Shown: positions 55,136-64,000 of the stretch, piece after piece
Position numbering within the stretch: the first letter of the stretch is position 1
How the letters are laid out: every line of letters begins with the position of its first letter
NCBI GenBank assembly: GCA_028289135.1
Contig: JAQGGW010000004.1
Coordinates: 758-64,757, forward strand
DNA length: 64,000 nt
Source of the DNA: Candidatus Saccharimonadota bacterium
GTDB taxonomy: Bacteria; Patescibacteriota; Saccharimonadia; Saccharimonadales; JACDBH01
Direction: 5' to 3'
The notes under the pieces: model-generated
Database searches by the model: none
What the model saw: the letters and a program-made list of their open reading frames with translations, nothing else
Told to the model about the DNA's origin: nothing
Position numbers and translations under genes: made by a program

Positions 55136-56551
55136 ATGGCAGTTAAAGTACCTATCGTTGCAATCATCGGTCGCGCGAACGTTGGCAAGTCCAGCTTATT
55201 CAATGCGGCCCTCGGACGGCGCGAGGCGATTGTCGCTGACGAAGCAGGTACAACCCGCGATAGCCTTTATGGCAAAGTTACCTTTTATGACAAGGATTTC
55301 TGGCTGGTCGACACAGCTGGGCTCAAGCAAAAAGCCGCCGATGAATTTGAGTTTACCATCCAGGAACAGATTGCCCAGGCCGCCGACAGCGCCGACCTTA
55401 TTTTGGTCGTTATTGAATCGCACGTTACGCTGACCGAAGAAGACCGCAAAGTCGCCAAAATGGCGCTTAAGACCCGCAAACCAGTCATTTTGGTCGTTAA
55501 CAAGGGTGACAAGCTTGGCCGCCACATCAACGACCAAGATGTTATGACGCCATACCAGCGCCTCGGCATCAAGGACATTTTTATCACATCTGCAACCCAG
55601 TCAGCAGGGATCGAAGAGTTGTTTGAATACGTCAGCGAACAGATACCGCGCGCCACAATCGTCGTGGCCGAAGACCGCATCTCCCTCGCCATCTTAGGCC
55701 GCCCAAACGTTGGCAAATCCCAGCTTTTTAACACCTTGGCCAAAAAACAGCAGGCAATCGTCGCCGACCGAGCCGGCACCACCCGTGACATTAACCGCAC
55801 CGCTGTTAAGTTTATGGGCAAAGAGATTGAGCTCATGGACACCGCTGGCATCCGCCGCAATGGCAAGATTGAAGTGGGCGTTGAGAAGTTTAGTGTTATC
55901 CGCTCCTTAAGCGCCATTGAACAATCCGACATCTGTCTGCTCCTAATCGACGCTAATGACCTAAGTGTCCAGCTTGACCAAAAAATTGCCGGTATGATCA
56001 AAGAAGCGGGCAAGGGGTTAATTATCATCATAAGCAAATGGGACAGCGTCGAAGACAAAGACGCCTGGACCCACGACAAAATGATCCCCAAAGTCCAGGC
56101 CGAGTTTGAATTTGTACCATGGGCGCCAATGATCGTCACCAGCTCGGTAACAGGGCAGAATGTCGCTAAAATCTTCGAAATGGTTGTCGAGATCTCAAAC
56201 ACCCGCCACAAGCGCATCAAAACAACCGAGCTCAACGGCTGGCTGCACAAAACCACCGACCGCCACCCGCCAGCCGGCCTCAAAAACCGCCAGCCAAAAC
56301 TCCGTTATGTCGTCCAAGAAGAGGGCAATGACTCGCCAAACTTCAAGATTTTTGGCTCACAGCTTAAGTTTTTACACTGGTCATACCGCCGCCACATGGA
56401 CCGGACCTTCCGCGAAACCTTTGGTTTTGAAGGCACTCCCGTAAAGTTCTGGTACATAGACCAGCATGAACCGCGAGAGAAAAAAGACGGTATCGACTGG
56501 AAAAAATCCCTCCGCCCCGACCAGCTCCCCGACCGCACCAAAAAAGACTGA
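55136..56551 (+). CDS. der: Ribosome biogenesis GTPase Der (EngA)
   Basis: Two GTPase domains (GRANVGKS and GRPNVGKS, DTAG twice), C-terminal FGFEGTP. Confidence 0.97.
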   Translation: MAVKVPIVAIIGRANVGKSSLFNAALGRREAIVADEAGTTRDSLYGKVTFYDKDFWLVDTAGLKQKAADEFEFTIQEQIAQAADSADLILVVIESHVTLTEEDRKVAKMALKTRKPVILVVNKGDKLGRHINDQDVMTPYQRLGIKDIFITSATQSAGIEELFEYVSEQIPRATIVVAEDRISLAILGRPNVGKSQLFNTLAKKQQAIVADRAGTTRDINRTAVKFMGKEIELMDTAGIRRNGKIEVGVEKFSVIRSLSAIEQSDICLLLIDANDLSVQLDQKIAGMIKEAGKGLIIIISKWDSVEDKDAWTHDKMIPKVQAEFEFVPWAPMIVTSSVTGQNVAKIFEMVVEISNTRHKRIKTTELNGWLHKTTDRHPPAGLKNRQPKLRYVVQEEGNDSPNFKIFGSQLKFLHWSYRRHMDRTFRETFGFEGTPVKFWYIDQHEPREKKDGIDWKKSLRPDQLPDRTKKD

Positions 56552-56607
56552 TTAACGCTTTTGTTTAACTCCCGATAATTTGTTATCTTTAAAAAAAGGA
56601 GTTAATA

Positions 56608-57093
56608 ATGAGACAACTTGATGTTCGCGAATCGGACCTACTATTAAAGTTACGGGTTGATATAGATGAGCATGGCTTACCTAACCTAAGGGTAAAAACT
56701 GGTCTTGCAGCATATGCAACTGATAGCGCCCTAGAAGAAGGTATGTTAGGTGTTAACCCACATATAGAAGTAGCTCAACGTGCAGCAGAAAGAACCCTAA
56801 CTAAAGATGTTTTTCATAACGTATTGTTACAAAATTATATAGCTGACCCCTCTGAAGTTCATGATGGACTCACAGCTCTTATAGATGGAACTGCGACCAG
56901 CATGACAGTCGTTGGTAACTATATGGTTCAGGCAGCATTAGCAGAGCTTCACGCAAGAAAACACCCCATACCACAGTTACTAGGGCAATTAAGCCAAGTA
57001 GCCCTTAGCGAAGTGTGGGATCCATCGCTCACTAGCACTGCGATGCGACCATCGCTAGCTCAGCCAGATATGCTTGCACTGTTTCCCAACTAA
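56608..57093 (+). CDS. Hypothetical protein (orphan)
   Basis: 161-aa ORF with AAGGAG Shine-Dalgarno, between der and pth. Confidence 0.7.
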   Translation: MRQLDVRESDLLLKLRVDIDEHGLPNLRVKTGLAAYATDSALEEGMLGVNPHIEVAQRAAERTLTKDVFHNVLLQNYIADPSEVHDGLTALIDGTATSMTVVGNYMVQAALAELHARKHPIPQLLGQLSQVALSEVWDPSLTSTAMRPSLAQPDMLALFPN

Positions 57094-57132
57094 ACAAGCT
57101 ACTGATTCCAAGAATAGGATATACTACCCCAT

Positions 57133-57762
57133 ATGGGACTTTTTGAACGCAAACAAACACCTATAACTATGAGCTATTTCAGCATTGGCAATGAAAAAAC
57201 CAAGCTGATTGTGGGCCTTGGCAATGTGGGCAAAAAATACGAGAAAAGCCGTCATAACGCGGGCTTTTTATGCCTTGACCACGCTGTAAAGCTAGCCGAT
57301 GGGGAATGGAAAGAGAAGAAGTCTCTCAAGAGCCTAGTGGCCGAAGTAAGAGTTGGAGAAAAACGCGTAATTTTTATTAAGCCCACAACGCTCATGAACC
57401 TCAGCGGCGACGCCGTCCAGGCTGTAAAACAGTTTTATAAAATAGCCAACAAAGACGTTTTGGTGGTGCATGACGAACTAGCCTTGCCGTATGGCACCTT
57501 ACGCATCCGTAATGGCGGCAGCAGTGCAGGCAACAATGGCATTAAATCCATCTCGACAGTATTGGGCGAAGACTACTCCCGCCTCCGCATCGGCATAGCT
57601 GGCGAAAACGCCAAAAAAGAAGACGCAGCCGCATATGTCCTTAAAAACTTTTCTAAGGCAGAGCAAGGGGAGTTTAAAGCCCTCTTTGCGGAAACAAACG
57701 CACTCATCACCGAGTTTATCTACTCCGACCAACTTGCACCCGACACCCGCCAGTTTATTTAA
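57133..57762 (+). CDS. pth: Peptidyl-tRNA hydrolase
   Basis: LIVGLGN, RHNAGF, KPTTLMNLSG, VHDEL, RLRIGI. Confidence 0.96.
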   Translation: MGLFERKQTPITMSYFSIGNEKTKLIVGLGNVGKKYEKSRHNAGFLCLDHAVKLADGEWKEKKSLKSLVAEVRVGEKRVIFIKPTTLMNLSGDAVQAVKQFYKIANKDVLVVHDELALPYGTLRIRNGGSSAGNNGIKSISTVLGEDYSRLRIGIAGENAKKEDAAAYVLKNFSKAEQGEFKALFAETNALITEFIYSDQLAPDTRQFI

Positions 57763-57765
57763 TGT

Positions 57766-57793
57766 TTGACATTTAGAAATTTAGTGCTAAAGT
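57766..57793 (+). promoter_or_regulatory. Sigma70 promoter of the attenuated operon
   Basis: TTGACA (57766-71), 16-bp spacer, TGc-TAAAGT (57788-93), ATG 7 nt later. Confidence 0.7.
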
Positions 57794-57800
57794 ATAAATC

Positions 57801-57890
57801 ATGTTATTTGTAAACATAACCAGCACCGATAAGGCAAAGAAGACCACTCTCACGAGGGGATTCTTTGATTTACACCTAAAGCATAAGTAA
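57801..57890 (+). CDS. Putative 29-aa leader peptide MLFVNITSTDKAKKTTLTRGFFDLHLKHK
   Basis: Leaderless uORF overlapping the antiterminator strand and ending just before a terminator. Confidence 0.65.
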   Translation: MLFVNITSTDKAKKTTLTRGFFDLHLKHK

Positions 57891-57912
57891 ACTTTAAACC
57901 AATCAAGACACC

Positions 57913-57941
57913 AAGCCCTTCGTGAAAACGGAGGGTTTTTT
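57913..57941 (+). terminator. Attenuator terminator hairpin
   Basis: CCCTTCGT-GAAA-ACGGAGGG-TTTTTT upstream of the 57991 start. Confidence 0.85.
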
Positions 57942-57990
57942 AATTTAAGTAAATTTTAGCGGCCTTGAGCCAACAAGAAAAGGAAATGAC

Positions 57991-58938
57991 ATGAACACAC
58001 CAGATAATACGGGTAGTATCGGAGGCCTCGGAATCCATGAGAGGTCACACAACCGACTCTACCATAACAACGAAATACCTACTGAAGATATTAGTCAGAT
58101 ACACGAAGGCGTCACTCAGCTACAGGCAATGGCATGGGATATCCCAAACATCAGCCGCATTGTCTTGCGGGGAATTATGGGGCAAAGAGCCTTTGACCAG
58201 CTGGTAAATTCAGGACTGGGGCATGATCTTGAAGTACTGGCATCACTTTCGGGTCATGGTCACCCTGGGCAATACCTCTATAGTGTTGCCAGAAACCAAC
58301 CGCACCGACGAACACATGTTCCGGTTGCGGAGATGATTGCCCAAACTAACCAACCCTTACCCGTGCGTGACCAGCAGCACGACATACCGCCAAGCGAAAC
58401 ACTACCCAACGCGGGAGATGTAGATGGAATACTTACGCTGTGGGGAAGCACTTTCAAATGGACAAAAGAGTCTACGGAAACTTTTATACGAGATCTGCAA
58501 CAAAACGCGATTATGAGCCCAGCTGAACGAACTCTATGGTTTTCAGGCCAACGTTGCACCGATGGCCAGCTTGTCAGCGCGGCGATGGCCGAAAGGCTTG
58601 ATATGCCTACCTTCACTGGCCATATTGCTTTGATTGAATCAACCGAATGGCGCACTCACCCAGATTACTTACGAAGAGGGCTAATGGCACAAACACTTCG
58701 AGATATGAATGGAAATATACAGCAAGATTTAGTAGGTCAATACCCGTTTATCTTTGCTGAATGCAACTTTCAAACTCGTGCTGATATTGCTGGGCGCCTA
58801 GCCGGATTTTTCGTTCCAGATCGTAACATCGGCACCCAAACTATCCGTCAAAACGTGGTCGTAGAAGACGGCACCAACCTACCTTCCAACATCTTACGTG
58901 ACTTTACATTTGTAAATGTGCCAGGAAGGGCAATCTAA
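57991..58938 (+). CDS. GNAT-like acetyltransferase (C-terminal domain)
   Basis: GQLVSAAMAE...ESTEWRTHPDYLRRGLM resembles GNAT motif A; AAGGA Shine-Dalgarno. Confidence 0.6.
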   Translation: MNTPDNTGSIGGLGIHERSHNRLYHNNEIPTEDISQIHEGVTQLQAMAWDIPNISRIVLRGIMGQRAFDQLVNSGLGHDLEVLASLSGHGHPGQYLYSVARNQPHRRTHVPVAEMIAQTNQPLPVRDQQHDIPPSETLPNAGDVDGILTLWGSTFKWTKESTETFIRDLQQNAIMSPAERTLWFSGQRCTDGQLVSAAMAERLDMPTFTGHIALIESTEWRTHPDYLRRGLMAQTLRDMNGNIQQDLVGQYPFIFAECNFQTRADIAGRLAGFFVPDRNIGTQTIRQNVVVEDGTNLPSNILRDFTFVNVPGRAI

Positions 58939-59898
58939 ATGCGTGCTGTTGAACTGTTCTATGACCCCCGTCACGCCATACATAACCCGGCCTATGAGCT
59001 CTACAATGGCATCCAAACACCATATGCTGAGTGTGCCGATAGACTAGAGGTTATTGCAGAGCATTTGCAGCAATCTGGACGCAAATTAAGGCGCCCACGT
59101 TCTTATGACATAAGTCATGTCCGAGCGCTTCATTCAGCGCCTTACATTAACTTTGTCAGGGAAACATCGGCGCGGCTAAAAAACGGTGAGACACTCATGC
59201 CTAGTAACTTCATCATGGACACATACACGCCAATAACCGGCCGTACATATCAGGCTGCCCGGCAGGCTGTTTCTACCGCGCTTACAGCAGCACACTATGT
59301 TTTGAGTAATCATGACGGCATGGCGTATGCACTATGCCGTCCGCCTGGCCATCATGCCGCGCAAAAACACAGTGGAGGCTACTGTTATTTTAATAACGCG
59401 GCCATCGCAGCAAACTACCTTTCTGGACATGGCAGGATTGCTATCCTGGACATTGACTACCATCACGGCAACGGCACTCAAGAACTATTCTACGACAGGG
59501 ATGATGTGCTATATGTTTCAATCCACGCCGACCCGAGTTTGCAGTTCCCATACATTAGCGGATTTAAAAGTGAAACAGGAGAAGGCCGGGGCAAAGGCTT
59601 TACCAAAAATTACCCACTACCGCTACATACAGGAAACGCCCAGTATTTTCGAACCCTGAGGCGTGCCGTACAAGACGTTCAAAACTTCAACCCTGATTTT
59701 TTGGTAATTTCAGCTGGTTTTGATGCCCATGAAGCCGATCCAATCTGTCGTTTTGACCTAACAACCTCGTGCTATGCAGATATTGGCAGTACCATCAGTG
59801 CTCTTAATCTACCAACAATAATAGTCCAAGAAGGAGGCTACAACCTAAAAACCCTCGGCATACTCGCCGAAACCTTCATTAATTGCCTTGAGAAATAA
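58939..59898 (+). CDS. Zn-dependent histone deacetylase-family amidohydrolase (acetylpolyamine amidohydrolase-like)
   Basis: RPPGHH, GGYCYFNN, DIDYHHGNGTQ, GFDAHEADP, QEGGY. Confidence 0.93.
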   Translation: MRAVELFYDPRHAIHNPAYELYNGIQTPYAECADRLEVIAEHLQQSGRKLRRPRSYDISHVRALHSAPYINFVRETSARLKNGETLMPSNFIMDTYTPITGRTYQAARQAVSTALTAAHYVLSNHDGMAYALCRPPGHHAAQKHSGGYCYFNNAAIAANYLSGHGRIAILDIDYHHGNGTQELFYDRDDVLYVSIHADPSLQFPYISGFKSETGEGRGKGFTKNYPLPLHTGNAQYFRTLRRAVQDVQNFNPDFLVISAGFDAHEADPICRFDLTTSCYADIGSTISALNLPTIIVQEGGYNLKTLGILAETFINCLEK

Positions 59899-59938
59899 AA
59901 AGGTTTAAGAAAGACTGTCTACGAATAAAATTTTCCAA

Positions 59939-59987
59939 CTAAAAAGAGTCTGTAGAGGGGGTGGGCACCGCTACAGACTCTTTTTAG
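59939..59987. terminator. Bidirectional terminator
   Basis: CTAAAAAGAGTCTGTAG...CTACAGACTCTTTTTAG perfect 17-bp stem with T-tracts in both directions. Confidence 0.85.
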
Positions 59988-60346
59988 GCTCAAGACAAGC
60001 TTAAGCCAATAAAACACCCTTCAACCCACCTTGAAGGCCTCCCCACACCATCTCTGGGCTTGTGAACGCTCTCGTATTGCGCTCAAAGTCCAGAGAAGGT
60101 GTGGGGCCCACTCGTGGTTGTCCGACATATCCTGGCCATCAAAAAGTGCGAGGGAGGAATGCGGGGTTAAAGGGGTTAGTCCGCTTTAGAACGTTTGCAC
60201 CTCTAAAGGGATGCGTAGCTAGATAAGTGGAGGGTAACAACTTATAAAGCACGTTCTAAAACAGCCTAACGATTTCACTTGGATTGCTCCAAATGAACGT
60301 TAAAATAGGGGTATAAGGTACATAAATCCCATAAAGAGACTCACGG
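59941..60346 (-). ncRNA. Candidate structured ncRNA (about 400 nt), family not recognised
   Basis: Bounded by a near-consensus promoter and a terminator; several long helices; no substantial ORF. Confidence 0.6.
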
Positions 60347-60352
60347 ATTGCT

Positions 60353-60381
60353 ATTTTAGCAAACTTATGACATTATGTCAA
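60353..60381 (-). promoter_or_regulatory. Near-consensus sigma70 promoter pointing away from dprA
   Basis: Minus strand TTGACA-17 bp-TAAAAT with extended TG. Confidence 0.75.
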
Positions 60382-60412
60382 TACTTAAATACAAAAGAGG
60401 GTAGTTGTCAAT

Positions 60413-61261
60413 ATGCTAACGCTTACTTTACCAGAGATACCGCATGATCTTCGCCAGTTGGCGCAGCCGGTAGAAAAACTCCATATTATAGGTAATACAC
60501 TGGACGATCTTATGCAGCGTCCGCGCCTTGCAATTGTTGGCAGCCGCAAGATTACACCATATGGCAGGGGAGTCACCGAAAGCCTCACAGCCGAGCTCGT
60601 AAGCAAGGGCGTAGTAATTGTCAGCGGGCTGGCACTTGGGACTGATTCCATCGCCCACCAGGCATGTTTGGACGCTGGCGGCCAGACAATAGCAGTAATA
60701 GCTAGCGGCCCAGACGCTATCTATCCAGCCGGCCACACCAACCTTGCTAGGGAAATTGTGAAAAAAGGCGGCATTGTCGCCACCGAATACGATAAAGGCC
60801 ACAAACCATTTGCATGGGACTTTTTGGCGCGCAACCGTATAATTGCCGCTTTAAGCCAAGGCGTACTTGTTACAGAAGCGGCGGCCAAAAGCGGCTCACT
60901 AAACACCGCCAACCACGCGCTGCAGCTCGGCAAGCCAGTCTTTGCGGTGCCCGGCAACATCACCAACCCCTTAAGCGCAGGCTGCAATAACCTCATTAAA
61001 GCCGGCGCCATTCCTGTTACATGCGTCGAAGATATTCTAAATGCCTTGGAATGGTACGACTTGGCAGCGGCACCAAAAAAAATCTTAGGAGCAACCGATG
61101 AAGAAAACACCATTATTCAGCTTTTGCAGCACGGTGTTAGCGACGGGGCAGAACTACTCCTGAGAAGCGAGCTTGAGACTAGCCCCTTCAACCAAGCCCT
61201 GACCATGCTTGAAATTACTGGCAAAATCCGCCCGCTCGGCGCCAACCACTGGTCATTGTAA
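60413..61261 (+). CDS. dprA: DNA-processing protein DprA
   Basis: AIVGSR, VSGLALGTD, RNRIIA, EAAAKSGSLNTA, VFAVPG. Confidence 0.96.
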   Translation: MLTLTLPEIPHDLRQLAQPVEKLHIIGNTLDDLMQRPRLAIVGSRKITPYGRGVTESLTAELVSKGVVIVSGLALGTDSIAHQACLDAGGQTIAVIASGPDAIYPAGHTNLAREIVKKGGIVATEYDKGHKPFAWDFLARNRIIAALSQGVLVTEAAAKSGSLNTANHALQLGKPVFAVPGNITNPLSAGCNNLIKAGAIPVTCVEDILNALEWYDLAAAPKKILGATDEENTIIQLLQHGVSDGAELLLRSELETSPFNQALTMLEITGKIRPLGANHWSL

Positions 61262-61286
61262 CTACAGTAAGTGATACACTAATCTT

Positions 61287-61463
61287 ATGAAAATGCTTAT
61301 CTTTCTTGGCACCACTGTGGGCGGTGTACTTGGCGGGCTTTTTGGTCAAATACTTGATAAAGGTAATGGTCTAGGTGGCTGGAGCCTGTTATTTGGCGGT
61401 TTAGTAGGACCATTATTAGGTTTGTGGGCCGGCTATAAAATCGGCAAATACATGGCCGAATGA
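61287..61463 (+). CDS. 58-aa Gly-rich two-TM protein
   Basis: MKMLIFLGTTVGGVLGGLFG...GLWAGYKIG; TACACT 6 nt upstream; below the ORF-track cutoff. Confidence 0.7.
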   Translation: MKMLIFLGTTVGGVLGGLFGQILDKGNGLGGWSLLFGGLVGPLLGLWAGYKIGKYMAE

Positions 61464-61465
61464 TC

Positions 61466-61590
61466 CAGGAATCCCACACTTGGCTATTTCCGCCCCGAGT
61501 CCTTGCGGTACGCAGTCACCATAATTAGATATATGCCTCCTTTGCGTTCCGCAGACTCAGAACGAAACTAGCTCGAGCGTGGAATCCCTG
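61466..61590. repeat. Long palindromic element, family B copy 2
   Basis: CAGGAATCCCACACTTGGCTA...TAGCTCGAGCGTGGAATCCCTG; core GTCACCATA...TATGCCTCC. Confidence 0.8.
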
Positions 61591-61888
61591 AAGTTGTGAG
61601 GAAAAATTTCTCAGTTTTGTGTTTGAAACTTGACGGGTACACCTTTGATACAGTAGGGTAAGGAGCTATATGCCAATTCAGGCATGACTTTAACCATAAG
61701 TTTGATAGACTACAGTGTACATGAACGCGTACCAGAATAACTTACTAGGCATAAAATGAATTATTTGCGAGATAAAATTAACAAAGTGCGACAAGAGGTA
61801 GCATTAGCTACATTGCGAAGCAGTTTGTTAATTTTAGCCGAAAATAGTCATTTTAGGGCAGGAAGGATATTCCGGTACGCGTTCTAAT

Positions 61889-64000
61889 ATGACAAAAAAC
61901 CTTGTGATCGTAGAGAGCCCCGCAAAGGCCAAGACAATCGAGAAGTACTTGGGCAAAGACTACACCGTTAAAAGTAGCTTTGGCCACATTCGTGATTTGC
62001 CAAAAAAGGGTCTCAGCATCGACAAGGCCAACAATTTTGAACCAACCTACGAAGTTAGCCCAGAGAAAAAGAAGGTTGTTGCGGAGCTTAAAAAGCTCGC
62101 CAAAGGAGCAGAAGTCTGGCTCGCAACTGATGAAGACCGCGAAGGGGAGGCCATTGCCTGGCACCTTGCTATGGCTCTTGGACTTGATACCAAAAAGACA
62201 AAGCGCATTGTTTTTCACGAAATTACCAAGCCAGCCATCTTGGCCGCAATCGAAAACCCTCGTTTGGTTGATTTGCATCTTGTAGACGCCCAGCAAGCCC
62301 GCCGTGTGCTTGACCGTCTTGTTGGCTACGAACTCTCACCAGTACTCTGGAAAAAGGTCCGCGCTGGATTGTCCGCAGGACGAGTTCAATCTGTTGCCGT
62401 CCGCCTTATTGTGGAGCGCGAACGCGCGATTGCCGCCCACCAGGCCGAAAGCAGCTATAAAATTATCGGCGACTTTTTAAGTAATAAAGAAAGTTTCAGC
62501 GCCGAGCTAAACACCAAGCCAGCTACCATTGAAGAATCCAAAAAGTTCCTAGAAGCCAACATTGGTGCCACCTATACCGTAAAAAGCGTCACCAAAAAGC
62601 CCGGCAGCCGTAACCCAGGCGCGCCGTTTACCACCTCAACACTCCAGCAAGAAGCCGCCCGCCGCCTTGGCTTTACCGTCCGTCAGACCATGTCCGTGGC
62701 CCAGCGCCTGTACGAAAGCGGAAAGATCACTTACATGCGTACCGACAGCACCATCTTGTCTGGCTTGGCAATTAACGCGGCCGAACAATACATCAAGAAA
62801 GAATTTGGCGACAAGTATCACACCTTGCGCCAGTTCAAGACCAAAGATTCCAGCGCCCAAGAAGCCCACGAAGCTATCCGCCCAACCGACTTTACGACCG
62901 AAACCGCCGGCGAAGACTCCCAGCAAGAAAAGCTTTATAAACTCATTTGGCAGCGCGCCCTCTCAAGCCAGATGTCACCAGCCGTTACTGACAAAACAGA
63001 TGTCAATATCACCATTTCCACGCGTCCAGAGGTGTTTGTTGCCAAAGGCGAGATATTAGTCTTTGACGGTTTCCTTCGGGTCTACGGCGGCGGCAAGGAC
63101 GACAGCCTTCTTCCTGACCTTAAAGAGGGTCAAGCCCTCCAGAACGAGCGTATTACAGCCACAGAGACCTTTAGCCGCGCTCCAGCCCGCTACTCGGAAG
63201 CATCACTTGTTAAAGCATTAGAAGAGATGGGAATTGGCCGTCCAAGCACCTACGCGCCGACCATTTCGACCGTCCAGGATAGGGGTTATGTTGAAAAGCA
63301 GGACCTTGAAGGCAATGAACGCGATGTCCGCAGCGCCGTATTAGTAAATGGCACAGTCAAAGAAGACACCGTCAAAGAGCGCTATGGCGCCGACAGAGGC
63401 AAACTGATGCCAACCGCTGTTGCCGAAGTAACTACCGACTTCTTAACCAAATACTTTGGGCCAATTGTAGACTATGACTTTACCGTCAAAGCCGAAAAAG
63501 AGTTCGACGATATTGCAGATGGTAAAACCGCCTGGAACAAGATGATTGCCGAGTTTTATAACAGCGACTTTAAGCCGCTAATTAAGGCATCCGCCGATGT
63601 TACCCGCGAAGAAACCTCACAGTCCCGTACACTCGGCACAGATCCAAAGAGTAAAAAACCAATCATCGTCCGTTTTGGCCGCTACGGCCCTATGCTCCAA
63701 AAGGGTGAGACCTCTGATGAGGAAAAGCCTGCTTTCGCCCCGCTTCCTAAGGAAACAACCATGGATAATGTCACGCTAGAGCAAGCTTTGCCAATGTTTG
63801 ACTTGCCAAAAACCATTGGTGCGCTCGAAGACGGCCGTCCGATTTTGGGCAACATAGGCCGTTTTGGCCCTTATATCCAGGTAGACAAGGTCTATGTGTC
63901 GCTAAAAGAGCATGACCCATTGACCATCACCGAAGAAGAAGCCCGCGAATTATTTGCCGAAAAGCTAGTCCAGATTGCCGAGCGCAACGTTGCCGACTTC
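61889..64000 (+). CDS. topA: DNA topoisomerase I (partial, runs off the window)
   Basis: MTKNLVIVESPAKAKTI, DEDREGE, SAGRVQS, ITYMRTD, GIGRPSTY translated by hand. Confidence 0.97.
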   Translation, partial: MTKNLVIVESPAKAKTIEKYLGKDYTVKSSFGHIRDLPKKGLSIDKANNFEPTYEVSPEKKKVVAELKKLAKGAEVWLATDEDREGEAIAWHLAMALGLDTKKTKRIVFHEITKPAILAAIENPRLVDLHLVDAQQARRVLDRLVGYELSPVLWKKVRAGLSAGRVQSVAVRLIVERERAIAAHQAESSYKIIGDFLSNKESFSAELNTKPATIEESKKFLEANIGATYTVKSVTKKPGSRNPGAPFTTSTLQQEAARRLGFTVRQTMSVAQRLYESGKITYMRTDSTILSGLAINAAEQYIKKEFGDKYHTLRQFKTKDSSAQEAHEAIRPTDFTTETAGEDSQQEKLYKLIWQRALSSQMSPAVTDKTDVNITISTRPEVFVAKGEILVFDGFLRVYGGGKDDSLLPDLKEGQALQNERITATETFSRAPARYSEASLVKALEEMGIGRPSTYAPTISTVQDRGYVEKQDLEGNERDVRSAVLVNGTVKEDTVKERYGADRGKLMPTAVAEVTTDFLTKYFGPIVDYDFTVKAEKEFDDIADGKTAWNKMIAEFYNSDFKPLIKASADVTREETSQSRTLGTDPKSKKPIIVRFGRYGPMLQKGETSDEEKPAFAPLPKETTMDNVTLEQALPMFDLPKTIGALEDGRPILGNIGRFGPYIQVDKVYVSLKEHDPLTITEEEARELFAEKLVQIAERNVADF

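Noticed and set aside
52911..56283. Long antisense ORFs (52911..53669, 55285..56283)
   Set aside because: Shadows of the response regulator and der caused by codon bias.

Overview
Chromosomal segment of a small-genome bacterium, very probably Candidatus Saccharibacteria (TM7, CPR/Patescibacteria). This is inferred from the gene repertoire, standard code 11 with TGA stops, and pervasive leaderless starts. Housekeeping content: a complete F1Fo ATP synthase operon, cyoE, type II NADH dehydrogenase, FAD oxidoreductase, queA, UvrD-like helicase-nuclease, aquaporin, cobO, terC, folP, smpB, pyrH, xth, gltX, der, pth, dprA, partial topA and tRNA-Gln, -Leu and -Glu. It also has a sortase/surface-protein cluster, an OmpR two-component system with a MacB-like ABC transporter, and a block of PAS/CHASE4 kinases with output-less receivers. 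No CRISPR array, transposase or integrase was seen. Best candidates for undescribed biology: (1) a superfamily of about 110-165 bp palindromic elements (6 copies) with a shared apical motif, one inserted in-frame in gltX; (2) an about 400 nt structured non-coding transcript with a near-consensus promoter and terminator, divergent from dprA; (3) a leader-peptide attenuator with mutually exclusive terminator/antiterminator helices controlling a GNAT-like acetyltransferase plus HDAC-family deacetylase pair; (4) orphan genes translationally coupled inside the atp operon; (5) a secreted Asn/Gly-rich three-repeat amyloid-like protein. All calls were made by eye; no searches or folding programs were run.
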